NCBI GenBank assembly: GCA_029820045.1
Contig: JALGVE010000001.1
Span: forward strand, 1 to 58,963
DNA from: Candidatus Zipacnadia bacterium
GTDB lineage: Bacteria > Armatimonadota > Zipacnadia > Zipacnadales > UBA5352
Length of the DNA stretch: 58,963 nucleotides
Reading direction: 5' to 3'
The position numbers and the translations under genes were made by a program. How positions within the stretch are numbered: the stretch's first letter is position 1; each line of letters opens with the position of its first letter. Positions 1-8,524 of this stretch are shown here, in pieces. The notes under the pieces are model-generated. The model was not told the DNA's origin, made no database searches, and saw only the letters and a list, made by a program, of their open reading frames with translations.

Positions 1-28
1 TCATCGTCGGGTTGATGCATGTCCTCAG

Positions 29-1024
29 TCACGGCTGGGTCGTGTCCTCAGGTCGCCAGAAGTCCAGGAGGTACTCAAACGTTACGCCCATGGTTATGTA
101 ATTGCTGGGCCAGCCGAATATGCCGATACGGTTCACGATGTTGCGCCGGTCCCAGATGATTGTGTTGCGGAACTCGTACCCCGCCGCGCGTAGCGCCTCG
201 ATGACCGTCATGTGCAAGGTGATCCGAGTGTCCTCCCACCACATGTCGGGGATGTTTACTACACAATGCCCCCGTGGTCTAAGCAGCGGCAGTAAGCGAC
301 CAAAGATGTCGCGCAGGGCGTCACTAAAGGCCTCCTCAGCGAGCGTCCCAAGGTCGCGCGGGTCCTGAGAGTACTGCTCCACGCGCCCGAGTTGCTCATT
401 CGCCCTTTCAGCGCCCCGGCGTGACTTGTTCTTGCGGCGTCTGTTGAGCAGGTTTGCGTAGGGAGGGGAGGTCACGATGAGGCTGACCGTCTCTTGCTCG
501 AGATACTGAGGGCTATTGCGCGCATCGTCGCAGATGGCAAGCTGCTGCGTCTCGCCGAAGAGCTCTTGCTGTCCGAGCCGCTCCTGCGCAAGCTGGATGT
601 ACTCGGGCTTCAGGTCAAAGCCGACCGCGTTGCGGTTCAGGTCCCTCGCAGAAACAAGGGTCGTACCGCTGCCGACGAATGGGTCAAGGACCAACTCGCC
701 CTCGTGCGTGAACAGCTCTATGCAGCGCGAAGACAAAGCGATGGGGAAGGTGGCCGGATGAAGGTCCTTGTCGCGGATGTCCCGTCCCTCGTAGTAGAAC
801 TCCCAGACGCCGAGTTGCGCCTTCAGCCACTCCTTCGGAGTCAGACAGTTGATGTGGCTGTCGGGACAGTCGCAGAGCCTTTCGTGGCCGATCCGTAGCT
901 TCGTTGCCGACATAATCTCCATCACTCTGGACTGTGGCCGTGTAGCCGGCGTCAACTCATGGCTCTTTGCCATTATACCGTGGGCGCGTATCTCTACGCA
1001 ACCTGTCTTGGCAAGGCGCACCAT
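29..1024 (-). CDS. DNA methyltransferase, N4-cytosine/N6-adenine (N6_N4_Mtase-like) family, permuted motif order
   Basis: 331-aa ORF. The AdoMet motif VLDPFVGSGTT, preceded by HPATFP, lies upstream of the catalytic TSPPY motif and the IIWDR block. Hand GC count of 61-180 is about 53%, lower than neighbours. The start among ATG 1024/973/922 is unresolved. Confidence 0.85.
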   Translation of the reverse strand: MVRLAKTGCVEIRAHGIMAKSHELTPATRPQSRVMEIMSATKLRIGHERLCDCPDSHINCLTPKEWLKAQLGVWEFYYEGRDIRDKDLHPATFPIALSSRCIELFTHEGELVLDPFVGSGTTLVSARDLNRNAVGFDLKPEYIQLAQERLGQQELFGETQQLAICDDARNSPQYLEQETVSLIVTSPPYANLLNRRRKNKSRRGAERANEQLGRVEQYSQDPRDLGTLAEEAFSDALRDIFGRLLPLLRPRGHCVVNIPDMWWEDTRITLHMTVIEALRAAGYEFRNTIIWDRRNIVNRIGIFGWPSNYITMGVTFEYLLDFWRPEDTTQP

Positions 1025-1042
1025 TTGGGTCCGGGCAGAGGG

Positions 1043-1786
1043 TTAGAGCGCCAGCCGCCGGCTCATGTTGCGGTGGTGCAAGGTGGTGCTGAGCAGCCAC
1101 AAGGCCACCGTGAAGCCCGCCAGCACCGCCAGGCATAGGGCCGGGCTAAGGAAGTTGCCACCGATCGTGCTGTAGCGAATCAACTCCGTGCAATATGTGA
1201 GCGGCGAGATCGCCGACAACCCCCGCCCCCACACCGAGATCTGCCCTATCGGGATGAACACGCCGCTGAAGAAGATCATCGGTAGGCGCACCAGGTTTGA
1301 GATCATCATCACGTCCGAAGGCACGTCCGTGACCGGCACCGCGAACAGCGTTCCCAGCACCGCGAAGCAGACCGCGCCGAGGACAACGGTCACAATGAGA
1401 ATGAATGGGTGCACGATGGGGGCGCCGATGACGAAGACGCTGATGAGGATCGGCACGATGGACATGAACAGGCCGTAGAGAAAGGCGGCGGCCACGTCAC
1501 CTATCAGCATGCTGCTGATGCTCAGAGGCGCGATCAACAGCCGCTCCAGGGTGTGGGTGCGCATCTCGAAGGGCATGATCGCCGGCGTGGTCGCGGAGGC
1601 CGTGAAGAAGAGCGCCATGGCGATGAGGCCGGGGACGAGTTCATGCGCCGGCATGTGACGGCCTATCACAAACGCGCAGAACAGGCAGGCCGGGAAGAAC
1701 AGGCCGAAGATCAGGACCGGCCCTTTGAGGTAATAGACGCGCATGTCCTTCTTCATGACTGCCTGGATGCCAGCGAGGGAACTCAT
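1043..1786 (-). CDS. ABC-2 type transporter permease
   Basis: 247-aa polytopic hydrophobic ORF. Its start overlaps the stop of the upstream ATPase gene by 4 nt. Confidence 0.8.
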   Translation of the reverse strand: MSSLAGIQAVMKKDMRVYYLKGPVLIFGLFFPACLFCAFVIGRHMPAHELVPGLIAMALFFTASATTPAIMPFEMRTHTLERLLIAPLSISSMLIGDVAAAFLYGLFMSIVPILISVFVIGAPIVHPFILIVTVVLGAVCFAVLGTLFAVPVTDVPSDVMMISNLVRLPMIFFSGVFIPIGQISVWGRGLSAISPLTYCTELIRYSTIGGNFLSPALCLAVLAGFTVALWLLSTTLHHRNMSRRLAL

Positions 1787-2739
1787 TGATCCTCGTCCTC
1801 CTGAGAGATTGCGCCCTCGGTCAGCCTCACGAAGACCTCTTCGAGGCTGGGGCCGACGGTGTTGATAGTTAGTATTGCGGTGTCGTGCTCGCGGGCGAAG
1901 TCAGCGACGTGCAGGGCTACGAGCCCTGGATCGGCGGTGTAAAGCTGCAGCTTGTCGCCCTCCTTGGCTACGCGCTTGACCTCCGCCAGCGCTGCAAGTT
2001 CGTCGGGGGCCACTTCCCGATCGAAGGCCACCACCACGGACTGACTCTCTGCGAAGGTGGCTCTGAGAGCCTCCGGCGCGTCAATAGCGACGATCTCGCC
2101 ATGGTTGATAATGGCAACGCGGTCGCAAAGCTGATCGGCCTCCTCGATATTGTGTGTGGTGTAGAAGACCGTGCCGCCGTCGGCGGCGAAGTCGCGGGCC
2201 CGGGCGCGAATCTGCCGGCTGCTCGCCACGTCCAGGCCGCTGGTGGCCTCGTCCAGCAGGAGAATGTCGGGCTGGTGGACCAGCGCCATGCACAGCATCA
2301 GGCGCTGCTTCATTCCCTTGGAGTAGGCCCTGGCCCGATCATCGCGCCGCTCCCAGAGCTCGAACTCGCGCAGCAGGCTCTCGGCCCGGCCGGTGCGTTC
2401 GGCGCGAGGGACGCGGTAGAGTTCGGCCGCCAGCATCATGTTCTCCCAGCCGGACATCTCCATGTAGGGATTGGCCATCTCCGGCACGACGCCCAGGTGC
2501 TCCTTGGCTCCGAGCGGATCGCGGACCATGTCATGGTCGAGCACCTGGACTGTGCCCGAGGTGGGCTTCAGCACACCAGTGAGCATCCGCTGGGTAGTGG
2601 TCTTGCCGGCCCCGTTCGGGCCCAGGAAGCCGAAGATCTCGCCCGCGCGGACCGAAAAGGAGATACCGGCCACCGCGAGGTTGCCATCGTAGCGCTTGGT
2701 CAGAGTGTCAACGCGGATAACTTCCGTCATCTCGCTCAC
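1783..2739 (-). CDS. ABC transporter ATP-binding protein (ABC-2/DrrA-like exporter)
   Basis: Walker A GPNGAGKTT, signature-like SKGMKQRL, Walker B ILLLDEATSGLD. Confidence 0.9.
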   Translation of the reverse strand: MSEMTEVIRVDTLTKRYDGNLAVAGISFSVRAGEIFGFLGPNGAGKTTTQRMLTGVLKPTSGTVQVLDHDMVRDPLGAKEHLGVVPEMANPYMEMSGWENMMLAAELYRVPRAERTGRAESLLREFELWERRDDRARAYSKGMKQRLMLCMALVHQPDILLLDEATSGLDVASSRQIRARARDFAADGGTVFYTTHNIEEADQLCDRVAIINHGEIVAIDAPEALRATFAESQSVVVAFDREVAPDELAALAEVKRVAKEGDKLQLYTADPGLVALHVADFAREHDTAILTINTVGPSLEEVFVRLTEGAISQEDEDQ

Positions 2740-2838
2740 CCTCGCCGGAGTTGGAGGAGTCTCAAGCCGGTCATTCAGAGTTGGGGCAGGAGCTCCGACT
2801 CACCAACGGCAATTGCCCCCCGTGTCCTGCCAGGGTCC

Positions 2839-3531
2839 TCACGAGGCTCTCCGGGTCTTGTATGCGCGGCAGAACCTCCTGATGACGCAGTTCGGGCAGT
2901 CCGGGTTACGGGCATGGCAGGTCTCGCGCCCATGCTGAACCAGGTTCAGGTGAAGCTGGACGTGCAGGTCGTCAGGCACTCGCTCGGTCAGGAAGTCATG
3001 AGCACTCTCCGGCGTGGACTTCTCGGGCAGCCAGCCCAGGCGCGAGGTCACTCGGAAGACGTGCGTATCCACCGGAAAGAGCGACATGCCGCAGTTGAAC
3101 AGCAGCACGATTGCGACCGTCTTGTGCCCGACGCCCCTGAAGCTAAGGAGGTGCTCGCGGGCCTGTTCCAGCGGCATGTCGCAGAGGTAGGCGAGGGAAA
3201 GCTCGCCGCGTTCCTGCTTGATCTGCGCCAGGAGGTCGTGGATGCGCTTGGACTTAGTCGGCGCCAGCCCGGCGCGCTTGATGGCAGCCGCGATCTCGTG
3301 CGGCCGGGCCGCCAGGGCCCTCTCCCAGGTCGGGAACTGGTCCTTGAGGGTGCGGAAGGCGGGGATCGAGGTCTTGTCGGTGGTGTTCTGTGAGAGGATG
3401 GTGCGGACGAGCCCGTCGAGCGGGTCACCCGCCTCCACGCGTTTCTCGCCGTAAGCCTGCGCCAGCAACTGATCAACTCGACGGATCGTCCGCGCGGAGA
3501 GTTCCCCGGCCTTGCGCCCCACGAGCAGCAC
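2839..3531 (-). CDS. nth: Endonuclease III-like HhH-GPD DNA glycosylase with a 4Fe-4S cluster loop
   Basis: HhH-GPD-type sequence (FRGVGHKTVAIVLLF...VDTHV) and a C-terminal C-X6-C-X2-C-X5-C motif (CHARNPDCPNCVIRRFC). It starts 3 nt after the upstream gene stop. Confidence 0.8.
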   Translation of the reverse strand: MLLVGRKAGELSARTIRRVDQLLAQAYGEKRVEAGDPLDGLVRTILSQNTTDKTSIPAFRTLKDQFPTWERALAARPHEIAAAIKRAGLAPTKSKRIHDLLAQIKQERGELSLAYLCDMPLEQAREHLLSFRGVGHKTVAIVLLFNCGMSLFPVDTHVFRVTSRLGWLPEKSTPESAHDFLTERVPDDLHVQLHLNLVQHGRETCHARNPDCPNCVIRRFCRAYKTRRAS

Positions 3532-3534
3532 CTC

Positions 3535-6500
3535 TCACTCCTTCTCCGGCTCTGTCGGCGCGGCCGGGGGCAGATGTGTCTCCTCTTCGATGCCATCGGT
3601 CAGCGACAGGGACTCGACGGTCACGTTGCCCGCGGCGTCGCGCAGGCGGACCTTGATGGCGGTCTCTTGTTCCGCGAGGGCCCCGGTCTCGATAGTGAAC
3701 ACCTCCTGGCGGGAATCGAGCATGCCGTCGTCAGGAGCGGCCGCACGCCACTCGTCCTCGGCGCCGAGGCTCCAGTCAATGCTCGTGATCCGGCTCAGCG
3801 TGTCGAGCGCTACGCCGTTGATGGTTGCCCTCTTCTCTTCACTGACCTCGGGTCGGCCGACAAGCACCAGCTTGGGGTATCCCTGGTCCACCGTGATGGT
3901 GTCAATGATCTTCTCCACGCTCTCAGCGCCGATCGGGTTGCTGGGCGCATCCGTGCAGAGCAGCTTGAGCGAATAGGCGCCATCCTCCATCTTGGTGGTA
4001 TCCCAGGAGTAGTAATCGTCCCCCGTGACCTTGGCGATCTCCTGCCACTCATCGCTTCCGTGGGGCTTGACATAGATGGTGATCAAGAGCGTATCGTCGT
4101 CGTCGTCCTCGGCCTTCCAGGTGATCTCGTGCTCACCCCTTATCGCCTGGCCCGGCTCCGGATCATCTATCTCCAGCGTAGGTGGCTGGTTGCTAGGCAG
4201 GTAGATGACAGCAATTCGCTGCACGAGCGGGGTCTTGCTGTCGCGGCCCGTCATCTTCACGCGGTATTGCAGGAAACGCGTTGGCGCGCTGGCGATCTGC
4301 GCGCCAGACTCGGGGTAAGCGGCTGACCAGCTTCCCCAGCTACCGTCTTCGGCCACCTCGCTGTTGCCGGAACGAGTGAGCATCTCCAGGCCGGCGCCCT
4401 GGGGCACCTCGGCGTCCCAGAAGATGCGCGCCCAGCGACTCAAGCGTTCGGCATCGAGCACGGCGGAGTCGTAGTGGCCGCTGATCTCGCCCCGCAGGTC
4501 GAGGCGTATCAGCCGGCCGGGATTGCTGGTACCCGCGTAGATCATCCCGTCACCCGCGCTGGCCAGGCATACCACCTGCCCGGCCAACTCGTCCTTGTAA
4601 GCGACGCCGGAGCGTTTATCGGCGTCGGCGGCGACGATGCGCGCATCGTCAGTTGAGGCGGCGTAGGCCCGACCGTCGGTGAACAGGATATCCAGCACAT
4701 CGCCGTCATCGCTGGTGTACAGCTCGGAGGCGTTGCCGTCTTGGTCTATGAGGAAGACCTTGCCATCGGAAGCCGTCGAAACGAAGAGCCGCCCCTGCTC
4801 GTCGGCGGCGACCCCGGTGCAGCTCTGCTCGTCGGTGCCGAAGATGTCCACGGCGCTGCCGTCGTCTGAGATGCGATAGACGCCGCCCTCCTGGTCGCCT
4901 CCGGCCGCGTAGAGACTCCCCGCAGCGACCGTGAGGGCGAGCACGTGGGGCTGGGAGATGGTGGCCATGACTGAGAACTTGCCCGATTGCTCCAGGCGGT
5001 AGATCTCACCATGCGGGCCTGTCCCGGCCGCCAGCCGACCGTCCGGCGCGCGCGCCAGGGACCAGACGTAACTTGCCGGCAGCTTGTAGGCCTCTTCGAC
5101 CTTGCCTTCGGGCGTGACGCGGAAGATCAGACCGTTGGGCCCCGTCCCCGCCAGCAAGCTTCCGTCCTCGCTCGCGAGCAGGCTTAGGACCGCGAACTCA
5201 CCGGTGTCATGAACCAGCTTGGCCCCTTCGGCCTCGGTCCATCTGTAGAGACGGCCGGGGCTGGCCGTGCCGTAGTAGACGGCGTCGCCTACGGGCGCGA
5301 CTGACCAGATGTACGGCTCGTCAGCCTCCGCGAGCACCTTGGAGCCGGGGGCAAGCAGCAGCGTGCCATCGCTGCGCACCAGCACGCCCTCCGCCTTGCC
5401 CTTAGCGAAGTCGTCAGCGGTGTCCTGCGTCCAGGTGCTCAGTTGCCTGGAGAGGGCCGTGCTACCAGGCTCCGGGTGCGCCACGGTCTCCTCTTCCTTC
5501 TTCTCGGGTTCCTCGGTCTCTTTCTGCTGTTCCTGCTCCGGAGGCTGGGCTTCGGCGTTCTCGGGTTCATGCGCGACTTCGCGGGGTATTTGCGCCGCAT
5601 CGGCGCGCCTCAGGTCCCGGTCGAAGACGGCCCCGCCCGCCGTAGCCTGGCGGAGTTGAGCGTCCTCAGCGAAGGCGGAAGCCAGCCACCAGAGTTTAGA
5701 GGCGGGAGGCGAGAGGCGAGAAGCCGGAAACGACCAACGACGGTAACGCCCTTCCTCACTCCCAGGACTCCCGCTGTCGTTGCCAGGTAAGAGAGATGAC
5801 TGCAAGGCTGTGGTCTTGCCATCATTCCCTGCGCTGGCGGCCTCAGCCTTGGGTTCCTCCTCATCCTTCTTATCATGCGAGACCTTGCCGCGCTCGCCTT
5901 TGCGGTCCTCGGTCGGGATGCGGATGTAGTCCCAGCCGTAGAGCACCCACTCGGTATCGAAGATCTTGGAAAGCTCGGAGTAACCAGCAGTCATATCAGT
6001 GCGTGCGGAGGCGGTCAGCACCCCCGCCGCCTCCGCCGGGAGCTGAGGCAGCGCGGTGCCCTGCACCGAGAGGACCACCTCAGGCACTCCGGCGGCCACG
6101 TACAACTGATCTGAACGCCCCAGGCTCTCGATGATCTCAGCGATGTCGCCAAGGCTGTAGAACTGTGGCAAGAGCAGGCGCAGTCGGTAGCGCAGGTCCC
6201 ACTCGTCGGCGCCCGCCGCGGCTCCGACGCGCATCTCGCCCTTCGGCAAGTCTTCCGGCAGCTTGAGCGTGACGACCTTCTCGACGGGCTCCGCGTTCTC
6301 GGGACGTATCACGACGTGGATGGTGAGTTCCTTGCCGGCACGCGCCACGTTCTCTTCTGTGTAGATGCGCTCTATGACTGCCGAACGGTCCTTGCCGGTC
6401 AGGGACACGCGGGCCTTTAGGCTTGCCACCTGCTGTGGCTCGAAGCGGTTCTCAGTCATGACGGTCATGGCTTCGTCAATCCACTGAGTCACGTAGACGG

Positions 6501-7710
6501 GATTGCCCGGGTGCCAGGACACGTCGCGGCGGCTGATCTCGGCGCCTTTCTCTCCACGCAAGGTGAAATCAACAGTCCCGATGCCCTTGCCGCCGGAGTT
6601 GTAAGCCGCCGCCATCGAACCCTGCAACACGGACATGAGCAGACCCGGAGTCAGCAACTGTTGGCGCGTGACCTCGAAGTCGAATTCCTTGGTCAGATCG
6701 CGGTCCTCATCCGTGATCGTGAAGTGAGCTGGGATCACGCGCGGCTCGGCTCCGACCTTGCCGCCTACGGACCAGGTGCAGTCACGCGTCAGGGTCCCTA
6801 CGGTCTCCATGGCCGAGGCCAGCTTGTTGGAGCGTGCGATGCTGGGCACAATATCGTGCACCCACGCGGTAGTCAGGGGCATCTCAACGCTGCCCAGCTC
6901 CATCATCGGATGGCCAAAGGCCAGGATCGTGTCGCCGTCACGGTAGGTCACAGTGCCGATGCCGGTGATGTCGAAGTTGCCCTGCGCGAAGCTGACTCCC
7001 ACCGCGGCCCCGGGCTCCAGCTCTGTGGGCACGGGCGGCCGCTTGCGCCCCGGACCGGCGAGCGGCTCGATACCGTACGGCTCGAACAGCTCACGCAGGC
7101 GCTCCATGCCCGGCCCCCTTATCCCGGAGGCGTAGACCAACGGGCCGACGGGGTACATGTTGATGGTGTGAGCCGCCGGGAAGGGGCTGGACGCACGGCC
7201 GGCTGCGACGATGCGAGCTTCCTCGACCCAGCGTCCCGCGAGGCGCGCGCCTCTAGCTGGGTGCTCCTTCGGCAACCGGGCCTGGCCCTTGGGGCCGGCG
7301 TCGTAGGCCTCCAGCATCGAGTCTATCGCGGTGATACCGGCTATCGGCTCTCTGGCGAAGCTCCAGGCGTAGGCGATGGCCCCCAGCAGACGGCCTTTGA
7401 CGTAGACGGGGCTGCCGCTCATCCCACCGATGATGCCGGACTGTCGTTCCACCACTGGGCCGCTCGTCACGCGCGCCAGGATCAGGTCACTGCCCAAGTC
7501 CGCCTTGGACAGGACCCCTAGTATCTCCAGGTCAAACTCCTCGATCTTGACCCCGGAGAAGACGCTCTTGCCGACCGCCTTCATGCCGCGTTCGACCTCT
7601 TCGGTGCTCATCATCTTCTGAGGGTCGAAGTGGGGGGATCGCCCCCATGCCGTCACAGATGCGACCAACAAGAGGGTAACGAGAGAGAGTCTCGTAGCAA
7701 CTGGGCGCAT
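3535..7710 (-). CDS. Large secreted protein: SpoIVB(S55)-like serine peptidase motifs, beta-propeller repeats and Ig-like C-terminal region
   Basis: 1391 aa. N-terminal signal peptide (MRPVATRLSLVTLLLVASVTAWG). GGMSGSPVY and GTVTY..AFGHP motifs resemble SpoIVB catalytic Ser/His blocks. Acidic low-complexity linkers. Repeated G(T/S)xxxGxhYR propeller-like blades. Confidence 0.6.
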   Translation of the reverse strand: MRPVATRLSLVTLLLVASVTAWGRSPHFDPQKMMSTEEVERGMKAVGKSVFSGVKIEEFDLEILGVLSKADLGSDLILARVTSGPVVERQSGIIGGMSGSPVYVKGRLLGAIAYAWSFAREPIAGITAIDSMLEAYDAGPKGQARLPKEHPARGARLAGRWVEEARIVAAGRASSPFPAAHTINMYPVGPLVYASGIRGPGMERLRELFEPYGIEPLAGPGRKRPPVPTELEPGAAVGVSFAQGNFDITGIGTVTYRDGDTILAFGHPMMELGSVEMPLTTAWVHDIVPSIARSNKLASAMETVGTLTRDCTWSVGGKVGAEPRVIPAHFTITDEDRDLTKEFDFEVTRQQLLTPGLLMSVLQGSMAAAYNSGGKGIGTVDFTLRGEKGAEISRRDVSWHPGNPVYVTQWIDEAMTVMTENRFEPQQVASLKARVSLTGKDRSAVIERIYTEENVARAGKELTIHVVIRPENAEPVEKVVTLKLPEDLPKGEMRVGAAAGADEWDLRYRLRLLLPQFYSLGDIAEIIESLGRSDQLYVAAGVPEVVLSVQGTALPQLPAEAAGVLTASARTDMTAGYSELSKIFDTEWVLYGWDYIRIPTEDRKGERGKVSHDKKDEEEPKAEAASAGNDGKTTALQSSLLPGNDSGSPGSEEGRYRRWSFPASRLSPPASKLWWLASAFAEDAQLRQATAGGAVFDRDLRRADAAQIPREVAHEPENAEAQPPEQEQQKETEEPEKKEEETVAHPEPGSTALSRQLSTWTQDTADDFAKGKAEGVLVRSDGTLLLAPGSKVLAEADEPYIWSVAPVGDAVYYGTASPGRLYRWTEAEGAKLVHDTGEFAVLSLLASEDGSLLAGTGPNGLIFRVTPEGKVEEAYKLPASYVWSLARAPDGRLAAGTGPHGEIYRLEQSGKFSVMATISQPHVLALTVAAGSLYAAGGDQEGGVYRISDDGSAVDIFGTDEQSCTGVAADEQGRLFVSTASDGKVFLIDQDGNASELYTSDDGDVLDILFTDGRAYAASTDDARIVAADADKRSGVAYKDELAGQVVCLASAGDGMIYAGTSNPGRLIRLDLRGEISGHYDSAVLDAERLSRWARIFWDAEVPQGAGLEMLTRSGNSEVAEDGSWGSWSAAYPESGAQIASAPTRFLQYRVKMTGRDSKTPLVQRIAVIYLPSNQPPTLEIDDPEPGQAIRGEHEITWKAEDDDDDTLLITIYVKPHGSDEWQEIAKVTGDDYYSWDTTKMEDGAYSLKLLCTDAPSNPIGAESVEKIIDTITVDQGYPKLVLVGRPEVSEEKRATINGVALDTLSRITSIDWSLGAEDEWRAAAPDDGMLDSRQEVFTIETGALAEQETAIKVRLRDAAGNVTVESLSLTDGIEEETHLPPAAPTEPEKE

Positions 7711-7830
7711 ATTCCGGCTCCTTGAGGGGGATCTGGAGATAGGGTGTCCGCTCCCGCGGTCACTTGCGGCCGGCCGCTAAAGTATTCAACAGCATTTAAC
7801 CCGTCAAGTCAAGCGGACGCGAGTCTGCGC

Positions 7831-7968
7831 CAGGAGCATCGGTTTTGCCCTGTCGCTCGACGGCCTCGCCGCGGTATTCCGCCGATCGCGCCTCGGCGGG
7901 ACCGCAGGCGCCGCTGTCGTATGTAGGGCGCGCACCTGTGGCGCGCCCTACTAAAAACGATGCTCCTG
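7831..7968. mobile_element. MITE-like non-autonomous element with terminal inverted repeats and a 9-bp target-site duplication
   Basis: Terminal inverted repeats CAGGAGCATCGGTTTT (7831-7846) and AAAAACGATGCTCCTG (7953-7968) match at 15/16. The direct repeat GAGTCTGCG flanks both ends (7821-7829 and 7969-7977). There is an internal 11-bp-stem hairpin GTAGGGCGCGC..GCGCGCCCTAC (7923-7951). No ORF is present. Confidence 0.6.
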
Positions 7969-8043
7969 GAGTCTGCGACCGTGCGGCGAGAGTAGTCCGT
8001 CTCCCGTCCTTCGGCTGAGAGTTTTCCGCCTGCAAAACGGGGG

Positions 8044-8073
8044 TTGACTCATGTCGCGAAGGGGTGATAAGAT
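8044..8073 (+). promoter_or_regulatory. Sigma-70-type promoter with extended -10
   Basis: TTGACT (8044-8049), 18-nt spacer, TGaTAAGAT with the -10 TAAGAT at 8068-8073. GGGAGG RBS and ATG at 8096 lie downstream. Confidence 0.6.
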
Positions 8074-8095
8074 ACTCACCGCATGGGAGGGTGCA

Positions 8096-8275
8096 ATGCC
8101 AAGAGTAGACTATGGAAAACTGCGACAGATAGACACGGCGCCCCTGCTGGAGTTCGAGGAAAGCCTCAACGATAAGATCAGGCGTGAGGCCGAGGCGAAA
8201 AAGCGAGACGCAAAGGACGCCGCGAGCAAGGGTAAGCGCAAGCGCAAGAGGGACCGGGATAAGGACAAGGACTAG
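8096..8275 (+). CDS. Small lysine/arginine-rich hypothetical protein (59 aa)
   Basis: ATG at 8096 lies 5 nt after the GGGAGG RBS and downstream of the predicted promoter. The C-terminal tail is KGKRKRKRDRDKDKD. The longer ORF start at 8051 would lie inside the promoter. Confidence 0.45.
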   Translation: MPRVDYGKLRQIDTAPLLEFEESLNDKIRREAEAKKRDAKDAASKGKRKRKRDRDKDKD

Positions 8276-8298
8276 CTGGCCCTCGGAGGCTTTGAGGT

Positions 8299-8375
8299 GG
8301 CGGCGTAGCTCAGATGGTCAGAGCGCGCGGTTCATACCCGCGTCGTCGGGGGTTCGAGTCCCTCCGCCGCTACCA
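8299..8375 (+). tRNA. tRNA with CAU anticodon (elongator Met or lysidine-modified Ile2), CCA encoded
   Basis: Manual cloverleaf: acceptor GGCGGCG/CGCCGCT (G1:U72), U8A9, D arm GCTC-AGATGGTCA-GAGC, anticodon arm CGCGG-TTCATAC-CCGCG, variable loop TCGTC, T arm GGGGG-TTCGAGT-CCCTC, then ACCA. There is no C1xA72 mismatch, so it is not an initiator. Confidence 0.9.
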
Positions 8376-8427
8376 CTCTTTACAGTCAACTGCGGCCGGG
8401 TCGCAAATCGGTCGGAGCGATGCACCA

Positions 8428-8453
8428 GAACGACGGGCAGCGGCCCGTCGTTC
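8428..8453 (+). terminator. Perfect 11-bp stem hairpin downstream of the tRNA (possible terminator, no U-tract)
   Basis: GAACGACGGGC-agcg-GCCCGTCGTTC. Confidence 0.35.
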
Positions 8454-8524
8454 GGCATACGTGAGGGCAAGGCGCAAGATGCAACGGGTTACCACCCGCG
8501 CGGGACCACGGGGGAAACGTAAGC

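Noticed and set aside
8299-8375. tRNA(CAU) considered as the initiator tRNA-fMet.
   Set aside because: It has a paired G1:U72 instead of the C1xA72 mismatch, and the anticodon stem has C29-G41 instead of the third consecutive G-C pair.
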